Source of the DNA: an uncultured Bacillaceae bacterium
GTDB taxonomy: Bacteria > Bacillota > Bacilli > Bacillales > Amphibacillaceae
DNA length: 64,000 nucleotides
NCBI GenBank assembly: GCA_937925695.1
Contig: CALAMD010000055.1
Span: 116,681 to 180,680, forward strand
Reading direction: 5' to 3'
Shown here: one piece after another, positions 21,692 to 32,545 of the stretch
How positions within the stretch are numbered: position 1 is the stretch's first letter
How the letters are laid out: each line of letters starts with the position of its first letter
Made by a program: the position numbers and the translations under genes
Notes under the pieces: model-generated
The model's database searches: none
Seen by the model: only the letters and a program-made list of their open reading frames with translations
Told to the model about the DNA's origin: nothing

Positions 21692-22519
21692 GTGTTAACT
21701 CGATTAGATTTAGAACGGATGAAACTAGCAGGCGAAAAAATTACGATGATCACTGCCTATGATTATCCGTCTGCCAAAATGGCTGAGTCTGCTCAGGTTG
21801 ATATGATTCTCGTAGGTGACTCATTAGGCAATACCGTTTTAGGCTACACATCAACCATTCAAGTCACCGTTGACGATATGATTCATCATGCTAAAGCCGT
21901 TAAACGAGGAGCACCAAATACATTTATTGTCGTTGATATGCCATTTATGTCGTACCATATTTCAAAGGAAGAATCCCTGAAGAATGCCAAGAGAATTTTT
22001 CAACAAACTGACACACAAGCCCTTAAAATTGAAGGTGCATCACCGGAAGTATTAGAGCTGACAAAATCGTTAACGAACGCGGGAATTCCAGTTGTTGCAC
22101 ACTTAGGATTAACACCCCAATCAGTCAATGTCTTAGGAGGATATCGTGTGCAAGGAAATGATGAAAATACGGCTAATAATTTATTGGCCGATGCAAAAAA
22201 AGTAGCCGATGCCGGAGCGATTGCGCTAGTTCTTGAATGTATACCTAAAGAATTAGCGAAAGTGATTACGGAAGCAATTAGTATTCCAACCATTGGAATT
22301 GGTGCTGGCGTAGATTGTGATGGCCAAGTCCTTGTATATCATGATATTTTACAATATGGTGTTGATCGCCTAGCAAAATTTGTTAAATCCTATGCTAATT
22401 TTAACGAAATTGGCACAAAAGCGCTGCAATCATATGTTGCAGATGTAAAAAACAAACAATTTCCAACAGATGAGCACTCATATATTATAAAAGATCCAAA
22501 TATATTACCAAAGAAGTGA
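21692..22519 (+). CDS. panB: Ketopantoate hydroxymethyltransferase
   Basis: TAYD, LVGDSL, KIEG, HLGLTPQ, IGIGAG; start likely GTG 21692 after AAGGAGG. Confidence 0.96.
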   Translation: MLTRLDLERMKLAGEKITMITAYDYPSAKMAESAQVDMILVGDSLGNTVLGYTSTIQVTVDDMIHHAKAVKRGAPNTFIVVDMPFMSYHISKEESLKNAKRIFQQTDTQALKIEGASPEVLELTKSLTNAGIPVVAHLGLTPQSVNVLGGYRVQGNDENTANNLLADAKKVADAGAIALVLECIPKELAKVITEAISIPTIGIGAGVDCDGQVLVYHDILQYGVDRLAKFVKSYANFNEIGTKALQSYVADVKNKQFPTDEHSYIIKDPNILPKK

Positions 22520-23397
22520 GAATAATGGAAATTATTAAATCGCCACGAGAATTACAATCTATGGTCATCGATATTAAAAAACAACATAAGGAAATTGGTT
22601 TTGTTCCAACGATGGGCGCATTTCATGAAGGTCATACTTCTTTAATGAAACAAGCTCGAAAAGAAAATGATCTGCTTATCACAAGTATTTTTGTTAATCC
22701 ATTGCAGTTTGGCGCAAATGAAGATTTTGATACTTATCCACGTAACGCCGACCATGATATTGAAATAGCTAAAAAGCATGGCGTTGATATATTGTTTATG
22801 CCAGAAGTAGAGGATATGTATCCCCAAGAATTATCAATTAGGATGCATGTTACGAAAAGAACAAATGTCCTTTGTGGCAAATCTCGTCCTGGACATTTTG
22901 ATGGTGTTGTTACAGTATTAACGAAATTATTCAATATTATTATGCCAAATCGTGCCTATTTTGGTTTAAAAGATGCGCAACAATTTGCCGTTGTTGATAG
23001 TTTAATTACTGATTATAACTTTCCAATCGAACTCATCGGCTTACCAACAATTAGAGATAACAATGGTTTAGCTAAAAGCAGTCGAAATGTCAATTTAGAC
23101 CAAGCTGAATACGAAGAAGCTTTATGGTTATATCGTGCCTTAAAACATGGACAACAAATGATTAAAGCAGGAGAAAAAAATCCGCAATTAATTATTTCTG
23201 AAGTAAATAATATTATTGCAGCAAATACTTCTGGTACAATAGATTATATCGAAGTATTAAGTTATCCAGAGTTAACACCAATTAAGCAAATTGATTCACT
23301 GATTATATTAGCAGTAGCAGTAAAGTTTAGTCGCGCAAGATTAATTGATAACATGTTACTCGATAAAGATGGGAATATTGTACCATCTTTACGATAG
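22516..23397 (+). CDS. panC: Pantoate-beta-alanine ligase
   Basis: [33 protein letters not shown]. Confidence 0.96.
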   Translation: MRIMEIIKSPRELQSMVIDIKKQHKEIGFVPTMGAFHEGHTSLMKQARKENDLLITSIFVNPLQFGANEDFDTYPRNADHDIEIAKKHGVDILFMPEVEDMYPQELSIRMHVTKRTNVLCGKSRPGHFDGVVTVLTKLFNIIMPNRAYFGLKDAQQFAVVDSLITDYNFPIELIGLPTIRDNNGLAKSSRNVNLDQAEYEEALWLYRALKHGQQMIKAGEKNPQLIISEVNNIIAANTSGTIDYIEVLSYPELTPIKQIDSLIILAVAVKFSRARLIDNMLLDKDGNIVPSLR

Positions 23398-23410
23398 GGG
23401 GGTATTCTTC

Positions 23411-23794
23411 ATGTTCCGCACCATGATGAAAGCTAAAATACATCGTGCTCGCGTAACTGATGCAAATTTAGATTATATCGGAAGTGTTACCATAGATGAA
23501 GATATTTTAGAGCAAGTCGATATCTTACCAAATGAAAAAGTTCAGATTGTTAATAATAATAATGGGGCACGCTTTGAAACCTATGTCATACCAGGTGAAA
23601 GAGGATCAGGTATCATTTGTTTAAACGGCGCAGCAGCCCGCTTAGTGCAGAAAAATGATATTATCATTATTATTTCTTATGCATTAGTATCTGAAACAGA
23701 GTTACCATCATTTACATCGAAAGTGGCTATTATGAATGAAAATAATCAAATTGAACGAATGATTACACAAGAAACGCCATTAACCAAAATGTAA
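23411..23794 (+). CDS. panD: Aspartate 1-decarboxylase
   Basis: [17 protein letters not shown] cleavage site, NGAAAR; start moved to ATG 23411. Confidence 0.96.
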   Translation: MFRTMMKAKIHRARVTDANLDYIGSVTIDEDILEQVDILPNEKVQIVNNNNGARFETYVIPGERGSGIICLNGAAARLVQKNDIIIIISYALVSETELPSFTSKVAIMNENNQIERMITQETPLTKM

Positions 23795-23805
23795 GATTGT
23801 ATGGG

Positions 23806-23838
23806 TAAAACTCTTATCAGTTCATGATAAGAGTTTTA
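23806..23838 (+). terminator. Hairpin/terminator between panD and dinG
   Basis: TAAAACTCTTATCA...TGATAAGAGTTTTA perfect stem, weak U tail. Confidence 0.55.
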
Positions 23839-23870
23839 TGTTGAAAAGCTGAGGGAGGAGACAAGAAAAG

Positions 23871-26660
23871 TTGGATAAATTTGTCGTCATTGATTTAGAA
23901 ACAACTGGGCACTCTCCAGCTGTCGATGATCAAATTATTGAAATTGGCATTGTTGTCATCGAAAATAATCAAATCAGTGAAGAATTCACAACCTTACTAA
24001 AACCGAAAAAAATAGTACCAAAATTTATTACCAATTTAACGGGTATTGATAATAGCGATGTGGAAAATGCGCCATATTTTGAAGATATAGCCGAAACCGT
24101 TATTTCGTTTTTTGAAGGAGCATATTTCGTCGCTCATAATGTCACCTTTGATTTAGGGTTCTTAAATCATGAGCTAAACAAGAGCGGTTTTGAACCATTG
24201 AAGCCTAAAACAATTGATACTGTTGAGCTATCACGAATTTTGTTTCCACAAGCTCCTGGGTTTAAATTGAATCAATTAGCTGAGTTCTTACAAATTTCCC
24301 ATGATCATCCACATCGAGCCCTATCTGATGCTTATGTAACAGCGAAGTTATTGCTCATATTAACTGATAAGTTAGCTGCTTTACCTTATGAGACAATTAC
24401 TCATCTATTAACATTAGAAGAGGACTTGCAATCAGATATAGCTGAACTGCTTACGTATTATCAAGAAAAAGCTAGTATGCGGCATGATGATCAATATGAA
24501 GTATTCCAAGGAATCGCTTATAAAAAAAGTAAACCGATCAATACCGAATTATATGAAGTAAAAGATTCTTTTGGCAGCTGTCTCGAGCAAATTTATGATA
24601 CAAATGGCGCATTAGCTAGAGAAATGCAATCTTACGAACAACGACCAGGCCAAAAAATGATGTCTGAACAAATCTATGATTGTTTCCAAGCCAATCAGCA
24701 TGCTTTAATTGAAGCTGAAACAGGGACTGGAAAATCCCTTGCATATTTGATTCCAGCGGTTTATGAAGCTGTCAAACAGAATGAAAAAATTGTCATTAGC
24801 ACTTATACAACCCAATTACAAAACCAACTGTTAGAAGAAGAAATTCCTTTATTAAAAAAGATTATTTCATTTCCATTTACTGCCACAATCTTAAAAGGTA
24901 AAAGTCATTATATCAGTTTAGAAAGATTTGCCTATGCCTTAGCCAATGACCATGAAGAAAATTATGATTTAACCTTGACAAAAGCGATGATTCTTGTTTG
25001 GTTGACTGAAACAGAAACAGGAGACGTTGATGAAATTCAATTGCCTTCTAGTGGCTATTATTTTTTTAGAAAAATATCAACCGAAGCCGAAAGAACTCTT
25101 GATCCAAAGTCACCATGGTACTCACGTTCCTATTATTACCGAGCGCAAATGAGGGCAGAACATGCTGATATTATCATCACGAATCATGCCTTATTATGTT
25201 CTGATTTATTTAATGATTATCGACTTCTACCCGATTATCAAAAAGTAATAGTAGACGAGGCCCATCATTTTGATGAAACAGCAGGTAAATACTATGGTTT
25301 TAAAATGGATTATGCGAGTATGCAATTTGCCTTAAATCAACTTGGTACATCGACGCAGACGAGTACAATCAATCAACTAATAAATCAATACCCTTCACTA
25401 AGGGAAGAAATAAATGTAGATCAATGGGATGAACAACTAAAAGAAGCTAAATATGAATTAGATACGTTATTTGGCTATCTTTATCATTATGTATTAAAAC
25501 ACCGAAATGATAAAACAGCCTACAGTGATATCGGACGTATTCAACATCGGCTTATGGATCCTAAACAAGAAAAGGATAAACAGTGGATTTCTATCCAGGA
25601 TATGGCTAAACGATTAATCGCTATTTTAAATGATTTAATACATACTTTGGCGAAGATCAATCAATACTTGAAACAAGACAAAACACCAAACACATATGAT
25701 GTCGATGACGTAGAAAATCACGCTAAAGTTTTGCAAACTTATACCGATTATACAGAAAATTTATTTTTACAAGACACTGAGCCAACAGTCGTTAAATGGA
25801 TTGAGATTGATGTCCATGGCGGAAAAAATGCCGTATTTTTATATAGTGAGCCGGCAGATATGTCAGCCTTATTAAAGGAAAAGTTTTTTAATGATAAGCA
25901 AAGCGTAATCTTAACAAGTGCCACATTAACGATGCGTAATTCATTTTCTTTTATTAGAAACAAACTTGGTTTAACAGCTGACGATGTTGTTACAGAAAAA
26001 ATACCATCACCATTTTCCTATGAAGATCAAGTTCGCTTCATGGTACCGAATGATTTTCCGCATATTAATGATGAAGATTTTATTTATGCAACCTGTGAAG
26101 CGATTTTATCCCTTGCAGAAATTACTAAAGGACGGATGCTCGTTCTCTTTACATCCTATGAGATGTTAAGAAAGTCATATTTTCTTTTACAAGAGATGAT
26201 GGATGTAGATGAATATATTTTAATGGCTCAAGGAATTTCTAGTGGTAGTCGTACCCGACTCAAAAAGAATTTTCAGACCTTCGAAAAAGCAATTCTTTTA
26301 GGCACAAGCTCATTTTGGGAAGGTGTTGACATTAAAGGTGAAGCTCTCTCTTCCTTGATGATTGTACGACTTCCATTCCAACCACCCAATCATCCTGTAT
26401 TAGAAGCAAAAGCCGAATCATACAAACAGCAAGGAAAGAATGCATTTTATGAATTATCTTTACCCCATGCGGTGTTACGATTCAAACAAGGATTTGGTCG
26501 ACTCATTCGTTCAGCCAATGACCGAGGGATCGTATTTGTATGTGATGCGAGAATCATGAAGTCATCCTATGGTAAGTTCTTTCTCGACTCGATTCCTCCT
26601 GTACCAGTTCTATATCATTCAACAAACGAACTGATGGAACAGGCCGAATCATGGTTTTAA
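23871..26660 (+). CDS. dinG: DinG helicase with N-terminal DEDDh exonuclease
   Basis: DLETTG, HRALSDA, EAETGTGKS, DEAH, QGFGRLIRS. Confidence 0.95.
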   Translation: MDKFVVIDLETTGHSPAVDDQIIEIGIVVIENNQISEEFTTLLKPKKIVPKFITNLTGIDNSDVENAPYFEDIAETVISFFEGAYFVAHNVTFDLGFLNHELNKSGFEPLKPKTIDTVELSRILFPQAPGFKLNQLAEFLQISHDHPHRALSDAYVTAKLLLILTDKLAALPYETITHLLTLEEDLQSDIAELLTYYQEKASMRHDDQYEVFQGIAYKKSKPINTELYEVKDSFGSCLEQIYDTNGALAREMQSYEQRPGQKMMSEQIYDCFQANQHALIEAETGTGKSLAYLIPAVYEAVKQNEKIVISTYTTQLQNQLLEEEIPLLKKIISFPFTATILKGKSHYISLERFAYALANDHEENYDLTLTKAMILVWLTETETGDVDEIQLPSSGYYFFRKISTEAERTLDPKSPWYSRSYYYRAQMRAEHADIIITNHALLCSDLFNDYRLLPDYQKVIVDEAHHFDETAGKYYGFKMDYASMQFALNQLGTSTQTSTINQLINQYPSLREEINVDQWDEQLKEAKYELDTLFGYLYHYVLKHRNDKTAYSDIGRIQHRLMDPKQEKDKQWISIQDMAKRLIAILNDLIHTLAKINQYLKQDKTPNTYDVDDVENHAKVLQTYTDYTENLFLQDTEPTVVKWIEIDVHGGKNAVFLYSEPADMSALLKEKFFNDKQSVILTSATLTMRNSFSFIRNKLGLTADDVVTEKIPSPFSYEDQVRFMVPNDFPHINDEDFIYATCEAILSLAEITKGRMLVLFTSYEMLRKSYFLLQEMMDVDEYILMAQGISSGSRTRLKKNFQTFEKAILLGTSSFWEGVDIKGEALSSLMIVRLPFQPPNHPVLEAKAESYKQQGKNAFYELSLPHAVLRFKQGFGRLIRSANDRGIVFVCDARIMKSSYGKFFLDSIPPVPVLYHSTNELMEQAESWF

Positions 26661-26853
26661 CAATTGTATTTGGGTTTTGGGGTTAAAAAATACTGATGCT
26701 AGTACAGCATCAGTAAATATGGTATGAGATGGAAGTGTATTGAATTTCATCACGCGATATAATTCAGCGTTACTTATAGGATGGGCAAGTAGGACATTAA
26801 TATGATTGACATTATCTAAGTATGAAGCAAGCTTTTAACTTAGGAGGCAAAAA

Positions 26854-26913
26854 ATGACGATAAATCAATATATACGAAAAATAACAAGTAAAGATGTGAA
26901 GCAAAATGAGTAA
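26854..26913 (+). CDS. Candidate 19-aa small ORF (MTINQYIRKITSKDVKQNE) at the ypmA position
   Basis: AGGAGG at 26842-26847, ATG 26854, TAA 26911-26913 overlapping the ypmB start. Confidence 0.35.
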   Translation: MTINQYIRKITSKDVKQNE

Positions 26914-27430
26914 TATCTTTCGTTCCAATATTTTCAAATGGTCGTTACTCCTATTTATCGTCTTGTTAGGGGCTTGTCTCGTATATTTTATCTATTTATA
27001 TTTTGACATTCAGGCTAATAAAACGGAAGGATTTGATGAAGCTAAACAAATTGCCCTGCAAAATACGACATTAGTTGATGTAGATCAGATTGTTCGTTTT
27101 CACGGTGATGAACCATATTATGTACTATTTGGAAAATCAGCAGAAGATGAAGAATTACTCGTTTTTGTACCCTTTAATTACGAACCTGATGATCCATTAA
27201 TCGTTGTCAATCAATTAGAGATTATGTCTGAACATACTATCATAAATAGTTGGGAACAGGAATGTCACCAATGTAAGTTTATTAAAATAACGCCAGGAAT
27301 TCTTAATGATGAACCCCTATGGGAATTAATGTATATTGATTCCTCTGACAGATATGTACTGGATTACGTATCTATGTATGATGGTTCACCTTATGAACAA
27401 CTGCGATTTAAAACGATGTTTCAACGATAG
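26906..27430 (+). CDS. ypmB: YpmB/TseB-like membrane protein (DUF5590)
   Basis: N-terminal TM helix, FHG..PYYV, PLWEL; between dinG and aspB. Confidence 0.8.
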   Translation: MSNIFRSNIFKWSLLLFIVLLGACLVYFIYLYFDIQANKTEGFDEAKQIALQNTTLVDVDQIVRFHGDEPYYVLFGKSAEDEELLVFVPFNYEPDDPLIVVNQLEIMSEHTIINSWEQECHQCKFIKITPGILNDEPLWELMYIDSSDRYVLDYVSMYDGSPYEQLRFKTMFQR

Positions 27431-27445
27431 AAAGGCGGTCTAAGC

Positions 27446-28627
27446 ATGGAGTTATCAAATCGGGTAAAAACATTAACACCATCATCTACTTTAGCTATTT
27501 CCGCATTAGCCCAACAACTAAAAAAAGAAGGCCATGATGTTATCGGTTTAGGTGTCGGTGAGCCAGACTTTAATACACCTGATTACATAATAGAAGCGGC
27601 CACAAAAGCAATGCAGGAAGGTAAAACAAAGTATACACCTTCAGGTGGGATTCCTGAACTTAAAGAAGCGATTGCGGCGAAATTATTAGCCGATCATCAG
27701 CTTACTTATACTCTAGATGAAATAATCGTTACCCTTGGGGCAAAAGATGCCCTTTATAATTTATTTCAAGTCATATTAAACAAAGATGATGAAGTAATTA
27801 TACCTGCACCTTATTGGGTAAGTTATCCTGAACAAGTTAAACTTGCTGAAGGAAAACCTATCATCATTCAAACAACTGAAGAAAATAATTTAAAAATCAC
27901 CCCTGAACAATTAGAAGCAGCCATTACAAACAAAACAAAAGCATTCATTATTAATTCGCCGAGTAACCCAACTGGTTATATGTATACGGAAGAAGAGTTA
28001 GCCCAACTAGGTGAAGTATGTCTCAAACATAATATTCTTATCGTTTCAGACGAAATTTATGAAAAGCTTATTTATACAGATGAAGAACATATCTCTATTG
28101 CTTCCATTTCGCCAGAATTAAAGGAACAGACGATTGTTATTAATGGCGTTAGTAAAACATATGCGATGACAGGATGGCGGATTGGTTTTGCTGCCGGTCC
28201 TCAAGGAATTATTAAAGCCATGACCGGTTTAGCATCCCATTCTACCTCAAATCCGGTTTCTTTTGCTCAATACGGAGCATTAGCAGCCTACACGACGGAA
28301 AATGGCTTTGTTAAGGAAATGGCTGATATTTTTGCCGAAAGATTAGCGGTTTTTTATGATTTAATCGTTGATATTCCGGGGATTTCATGTAATCGACCAC
28401 AAGGTGCATTTTATTTGTTTCCCAATGTGAAGGAAGCAGCAAAAATGGGTGGTTTTGCTACCGTAGATGAATGGGTATCAGCATTATTAGAAGAAGAGAA
28501 AGTAGCTATCGTTCCAGGTTCTGGATTTGGGGCACCTGATCATGTAAGGATGTCCTATGCAACATCTATTGATCAGTTACAAGAAGCAGCCAAACGCATT
28601 CATCGCTTTGTATTAAATCATCAATGA
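27446..28627 (+). CDS. aspB: Aspartate aminotransferase
   Basis: [30 protein letters not shown]. Confidence 0.93.
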   Translation: MELSNRVKTLTPSSTLAISALAQQLKKEGHDVIGLGVGEPDFNTPDYIIEAATKAMQEGKTKYTPSGGIPELKEAIAAKLLADHQLTYTLDEIIVTLGAKDALYNLFQVILNKDDEVIIPAPYWVSYPEQVKLAEGKPIIIQTTEENNLKITPEQLEAAITNKTKAFIINSPSNPTGYMYTEEELAQLGEVCLKHNILIVSDEIYEKLIYTDEEHISIASISPELKEQTIVINGVSKTYAMTGWRIGFAAGPQGIIKAMTGLASHSTSNPVSFAQYGALAAYTTENGFVKEMADIFAERLAVFYDLIVDIPGISCNRPQGAFYLFPNVKEAAKMGGFATVDEWVSALLEEEKVAIVPGSGFGAPDHVRMSYATSIDQLQEAAKRIHRFVLNHQ

Positions 28628-28653
28628 ACAACAAAATGTTTGGAGGTATTATC

Positions 28654-29949
28654 TTGAAAACAACAATTAAGCAAGTTCCACAACACGAAAATAAAGAAGT
28701 AACAATTGGTGCATGGCTTGCCAATAAACGATCAAGTGGGAAAATTGTCTTTTTACAATTACGTGACGGTACTGGATTTATGCAAGCTGTAGTCGTTAAA
28801 AATGATGTGTCAGAGGAAGTATTTGAACTAGCTAAGAGCATGACCCAAGAATCCTCAATGTATATAACAGGTACAATTGTCGAAGACACACGTTCATCCT
28901 TTGGCTATGAGATGCAAGTAAAGGATATTCAATTAATTCATCAAGCAGTTGATTATCCAATTACGCCTAAGGAACATGGTATAGAATTTTTAATGGACCA
29001 TCGTCATTTATGGCTTCGTTCCCGAAAACAATATGCGATTATGAAAATTCGTAACCAGCTCATTCAAGCTACGTATCAATTTTTCTACCAACATGATTTC
29101 GTTAAAATTGATCCACCAATTATTACTGCCTCATCAGCAGAAGGAACAACAGAATTGTTCCATACGGATTACTTTGGTGAAGAAGCGTATTTATCCCAAA
29201 GTGGGCAACTATATATGGAAGCTGCCGCCATGGCATTTGGTAAAGTCTTTTCATTCGGGCCAACATTTAGAGCGGAAAAATCACATACCCGTAGGCACTT
29301 AATAGAGTTTTGGATGATTGAACCTGAAATGGCCTTTGTTGATCATGAAGAAAGCTTAGAAGTTCAGGAACAATATGTAAGCTATATTGTTCAATCTGTT
29401 TTAGAAAATTGTCAATTAGAATTAGAAATCTTAGAAAGAGATTTAAGCAAACTGAAAAATGTAAAACCACCATTTCCACGGATCACTTATGATGAAGCGA
29501 TTGAGATATTAACGAATGAACTCGGTTTCGATGACATAAAATGGGGCGATGATTTTGGGGCGCCACATGAAACAGCTATCGCTGAACAATTTGACAAACC
29601 GGTATTTATTACCCATTATCCTGCAGATATAAAAGCATTTTATATGAAACCACATCCAGAACGTCCTGAAGTTGTTCTGTGTGCTGATTTAATCGCACCA
29701 GAAGGATATGGTGAAATTATCGGTGGTTCCCAACGGATTGATGACTATGATTTGATGAGAGAAAGATATGAACAGCATAATTTAACAGGTGAAGCCTATC
29801 AGTGGTATTTAGAGTTACTAAAATATGGTTCCGTACCTCACTCAGGCTTTGGTTTAGGTTTTGAACGAACTGTCGCTTGGCTAGCTGGTGTCAAACATAT
29901 CCGCGAAACCATTCCGTTTCCTCGTTTATTAAATCGGCTATACCCATAA
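28654..29949 (+). CDS. asnS: Asparagine-tRNA ligase
   Basis: [28 protein letters not shown]; start TTG 28654 after GGAGG. Confidence 0.97.
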   Translation: MKTTIKQVPQHENKEVTIGAWLANKRSSGKIVFLQLRDGTGFMQAVVVKNDVSEEVFELAKSMTQESSMYITGTIVEDTRSSFGYEMQVKDIQLIHQAVDYPITPKEHGIEFLMDHRHLWLRSRKQYAIMKIRNQLIQATYQFFYQHDFVKIDPPIITASSAEGTTELFHTDYFGEEAYLSQSGQLYMEAAAMAFGKVFSFGPTFRAEKSHTRRHLIEFWMIEPEMAFVDHEESLEVQEQYVSYIVQSVLENCQLELEILERDLSKLKNVKPPFPRITYDEAIEILTNELGFDDIKWGDDFGAPHETAIAEQFDKPVFITHYPADIKAFYMKPHPERPEVVLCADLIAPEGYGEIIGGSQRIDDYDLMRERYEQHNLTGEAYQWYLELLKYGSVPHSGFGLGFERTVAWLAGVKHIRETIPFPRLLNRLYP

Positions 29950-30032
29950 TCCTATCAATAAAAATAGATCTCATGCATGTAAGCATGGGATCTTTTCTTT
30001 TCATGGTATACTATTACATGAGGTGTGAAAAC

Positions 30033-30731
30033 ATGACAAAATCAATTCCTTTTCAACAAATGTTACTACAACAAATTAATATTCCTGCCAAATTATTAAC
30101 TACTTATAAAGAGTTAGGATTAAATGAAATAGAAGTGATAGTTATTTTGCAATTGCATCGTTTTTTACAAGACAATAATGATTTTCCAACCCCACAAGAG
30201 ATAGCCACGCATTTAACCATTGACGAAAAAGAATGTTCCCATATTTTACGTAAATTGATCCAACAAGGATTATTAGAAATTATTCAATGGGAAAATGAAC
30301 AACAACAATTAAGTGAAGCATACAGTTTAAATCCATTGTGGGAAAGACTATTTAAGCAAGCAACCAAAACGCGTGAAGAAGAAGAAAGTAATATTGGTAC
30401 GATTTTTATTCTCTTTGAACAAGAATTTGGTCGACCATTATCACCCTTTGAAATAGAAACGATTAATGCTTGGTTGGATGAGGATGAGTTTTTACCAGCA
30501 TTGATTAAAGCCGCCTTAAGAGAAGCGGTGTTAATGGGGAAATTAAATTTTACATATATAGATCGGATTTTACGGGATTGGAAAAAGAAGGGGATTCATA
30601 CTGTTGAAGATGCCCGTGAATCAAGTCGAGCTTTTCGCGACAAACAAAAACCAAGATTAAGCGAACAACAAGTAGAGACAAAAAAAGTTGATCAATCCTT
30701 ATATTATAACTGGTTAGAAGAAGGGGAATAA
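30033..30731 (+). CDS. dnaD: Primosomal protein DnaD
   Basis: FEQEFGRPLSPFEIE, YIDRILRDW, YYNWLE; start ATG 30033 after GAGGTG. Confidence 0.95.
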   Translation: MTKSIPFQQMLLQQINIPAKLLTTYKELGLNEIEVIVILQLHRFLQDNNDFPTPQEIATHLTIDEKECSHILRKLIQQGLLEIIQWENEQQQLSEAYSLNPLWERLFKQATKTREEEESNIGTIFILFEQEFGRPLSPFEIETINAWLDEDEFLPALIKAALREAVLMGKLNFTYIDRILRDWKKKGIHTVEDARESSRAFRDKQKPRLSEQQVETKKVDQSLYYNWLEEGE

Positions 30732-30734
30732 AAG

Positions 30735-31385
30735 GTGTTAAATAATCAACAAATCCGAAGAGTTTTAGATGTAATCGGGGAGATGTTTCCTGACGCTGAT
30801 TGTGAGCTAAATCATGATAATCCTTTTGAGTTACTTATTGCCGTTGTTTTATCGGCCCAATGTACTGATGCTCTTGTCAATAAAGTAACGGCAAATTTAT
30901 TTAAGAAATACAAAACACCTGAAGATTATTTAGCTGTCGATCTCGAAGAACTACAACAAGATATCCGTTCAATTGGTTTATATCGAAATAAAGCAGCAAA
31001 TATCCAGAAATTGTGTCGGACACTTATCGATGAACATGATGGCGAAGTACCAAAAAGTCGAACTGAATTAATGAAATTAGCTGGTGTTGGTAGAAAAACA
31101 GCTAATGTGGTCATGTCTGTAGCATTTAATGAACCGGCCATTGCTGTGGATACTCATGTGGAGCGGGTTTCCAAACGGCTAGGAATTTGTCGCTGGAAAG
31201 ATTCCGTGTTAGAAGTAGAAAAAACATTAATGAGACGTATCCCAAAAGAAGAATGGAGCCAAACCCATCATCGACTAATCTTTTTTGGAAGATATCATTG
31301 TAAAGCCAGGAATCCTAATTGTTCTGAATGTCCATTATTGGACCTATGTCGCGAAGGTAAGAAGAGGATGAAAAAGAGGATATAA
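30735..31385 (+). CDS. nth: Endonuclease III
   Basis: SAQCTD, HhH GVGRKTA, VDTH, CKARNPNCSECPLLDLC Fe-S motif. Confidence 0.97.
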   Translation: MLNNQQIRRVLDVIGEMFPDADCELNHDNPFELLIAVVLSAQCTDALVNKVTANLFKKYKTPEDYLAVDLEELQQDIRSIGLYRNKAANIQKLCRTLIDEHDGEVPKSRTELMKLAGVGRKTANVVMSVAFNEPAIAVDTHVERVSKRLGICRWKDSVLEVEKTLMRRIPKEEWSQTHHRLIFFGRYHCKARNPNCSECPLLDLCREGKKRMKKRI

Positions 31386-31584
31386 ACTAAATTATCAAAT
31401 ATCATACATTCAGAATAGATTTGAGGTGATAACGTAGTGATCTTTCTTTTTATAATTTTAAGTATTACATTTTCTTTTCTTTTTATACTAGTTTGTGATA
31501 TACTGAGCATATATCATGGTAATATTTTACATAAATAGAGGTATATGCCTATAAAACTGGCGTAATTATCTAAAATTCAATTTG

Positions 31585-31611
31585 CAACACTTCTACATAT
31601 GTGAAGTGTTG
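31585..31611. promoter_or_regulatory. 27-bp near-perfect palindrome upstream of the SDR gene (candidate operator)
   Basis: CAACACTTC-T-ACATATGT-GAAGTGTTG, one bulged base. Confidence 0.4.
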
Positions 31612-31671
31612 AACAATTATGTTTGTAAAGATTATTATTAAATAAGAGAACAAATAATAAGGAGTGATAAG

Positions 31672-32418
31672 ATGGGCCGTTTGGATAACAAAGTAATCAT
31701 TGTTACTGGTGCCGCAGGTGGAATGGGTGAAGCCTATGCGAGAAAGTTTGTTGAAGAAGGGGCAAAGGTTATATTAGCAGACATCAATGAAGAGAAAGGT
31801 AATGCAATTGCTGATGAACTAGGTGAAAATGCAACTTTTGTTAAACTTGATGTAAGAAATAAAGATCAGTGGGAAAATGCTGTTCGTACAGCCGAAGAAA
31901 AATATGGTTACGTTACTGGATTAATGAACAATGCTGCCATAGATGGCAATCCAGAAAAACTAATTGAAGAGGTCACTAGGGAAGAATACGACGAAATGTT
32001 TGATATTAACGTTTATGGTGTATTCCTAGGCATGCAAGCTGTCGTAGAATCAATGAAAAAGAATAAATCTGGGTCTATTGTGAATGTGTCATCAACTGCA
32101 GGTGTAAATAGTAGCAAATGGGATGCAGCCATTTATGTTGGTTCTAAATTTGCTGTTACCGGCTTATCAAAGGCGGCAGCAGTAGAATTTGGTAAATACA
32201 ATATTCGTGTCAATTCACTACATCCTGGAGCCATTGCTACGCCAATGCTGGCAGAAGTAGGTCCTGAAGTGATTGAAACGATAAATGCAGAAACAGCTTT
32301 GAATCGTACCGGGAAAACAGAAGAAATTGCAAATATAGGTGTTTTTCTCATGTCTGATGAATCAACATATTCAACTGGTGCGGAATTTATGGTAGATGGT
32401 GGTTTATTACTGAAATAA
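31672..32418 (+). CDS. Classical NAD-dependent SDR (3-alpha/20-beta-HSD or glucose-1-dehydrogenase-like)
   Basis: TGAAGGMG, acidic D in ADI, NNAA, YVGSK catalytic motif, VDGG. Confidence 0.9.
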   Translation: MGRLDNKVIIVTGAAGGMGEAYARKFVEEGAKVILADINEEKGNAIADELGENATFVKLDVRNKDQWENAVRTAEEKYGYVTGLMNNAAIDGNPEKLIEEVTREEYDEMFDINVYGVFLGMQAVVESMKKNKSGSIVNVSSTAGVNSSKWDAAIYVGSKFAVTGLSKAAAVEFGKYNIRVNSLHPGAIATPMLAEVGPEVIETINAETALNRTGKTEEIANIGVFLMSDESTYSTGAEFMVDGGLLLK

Positions 32419-32469
32419 AAGCCTTTCATTGTATCTAATGCCACCTAACAACTCCAGGATCTAAAAAAC

Positions 32470-32518
32470 AAACTGTGTATGTAAGAAGCCATTGACTTCT
32501 TACATACACAGTTTTTTA
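32470..32518. terminator. Bidirectional terminator between SDR and ponA
   Basis: 19-bp stem AAACTGTGTATGTAAGAAG/CTTCTTACATACACAGTTT flanked by A and T tracts. Confidence 0.85.
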
Positions 32519-32545
32519 ATCTACCCAAATCTTCATCAAAACAAC

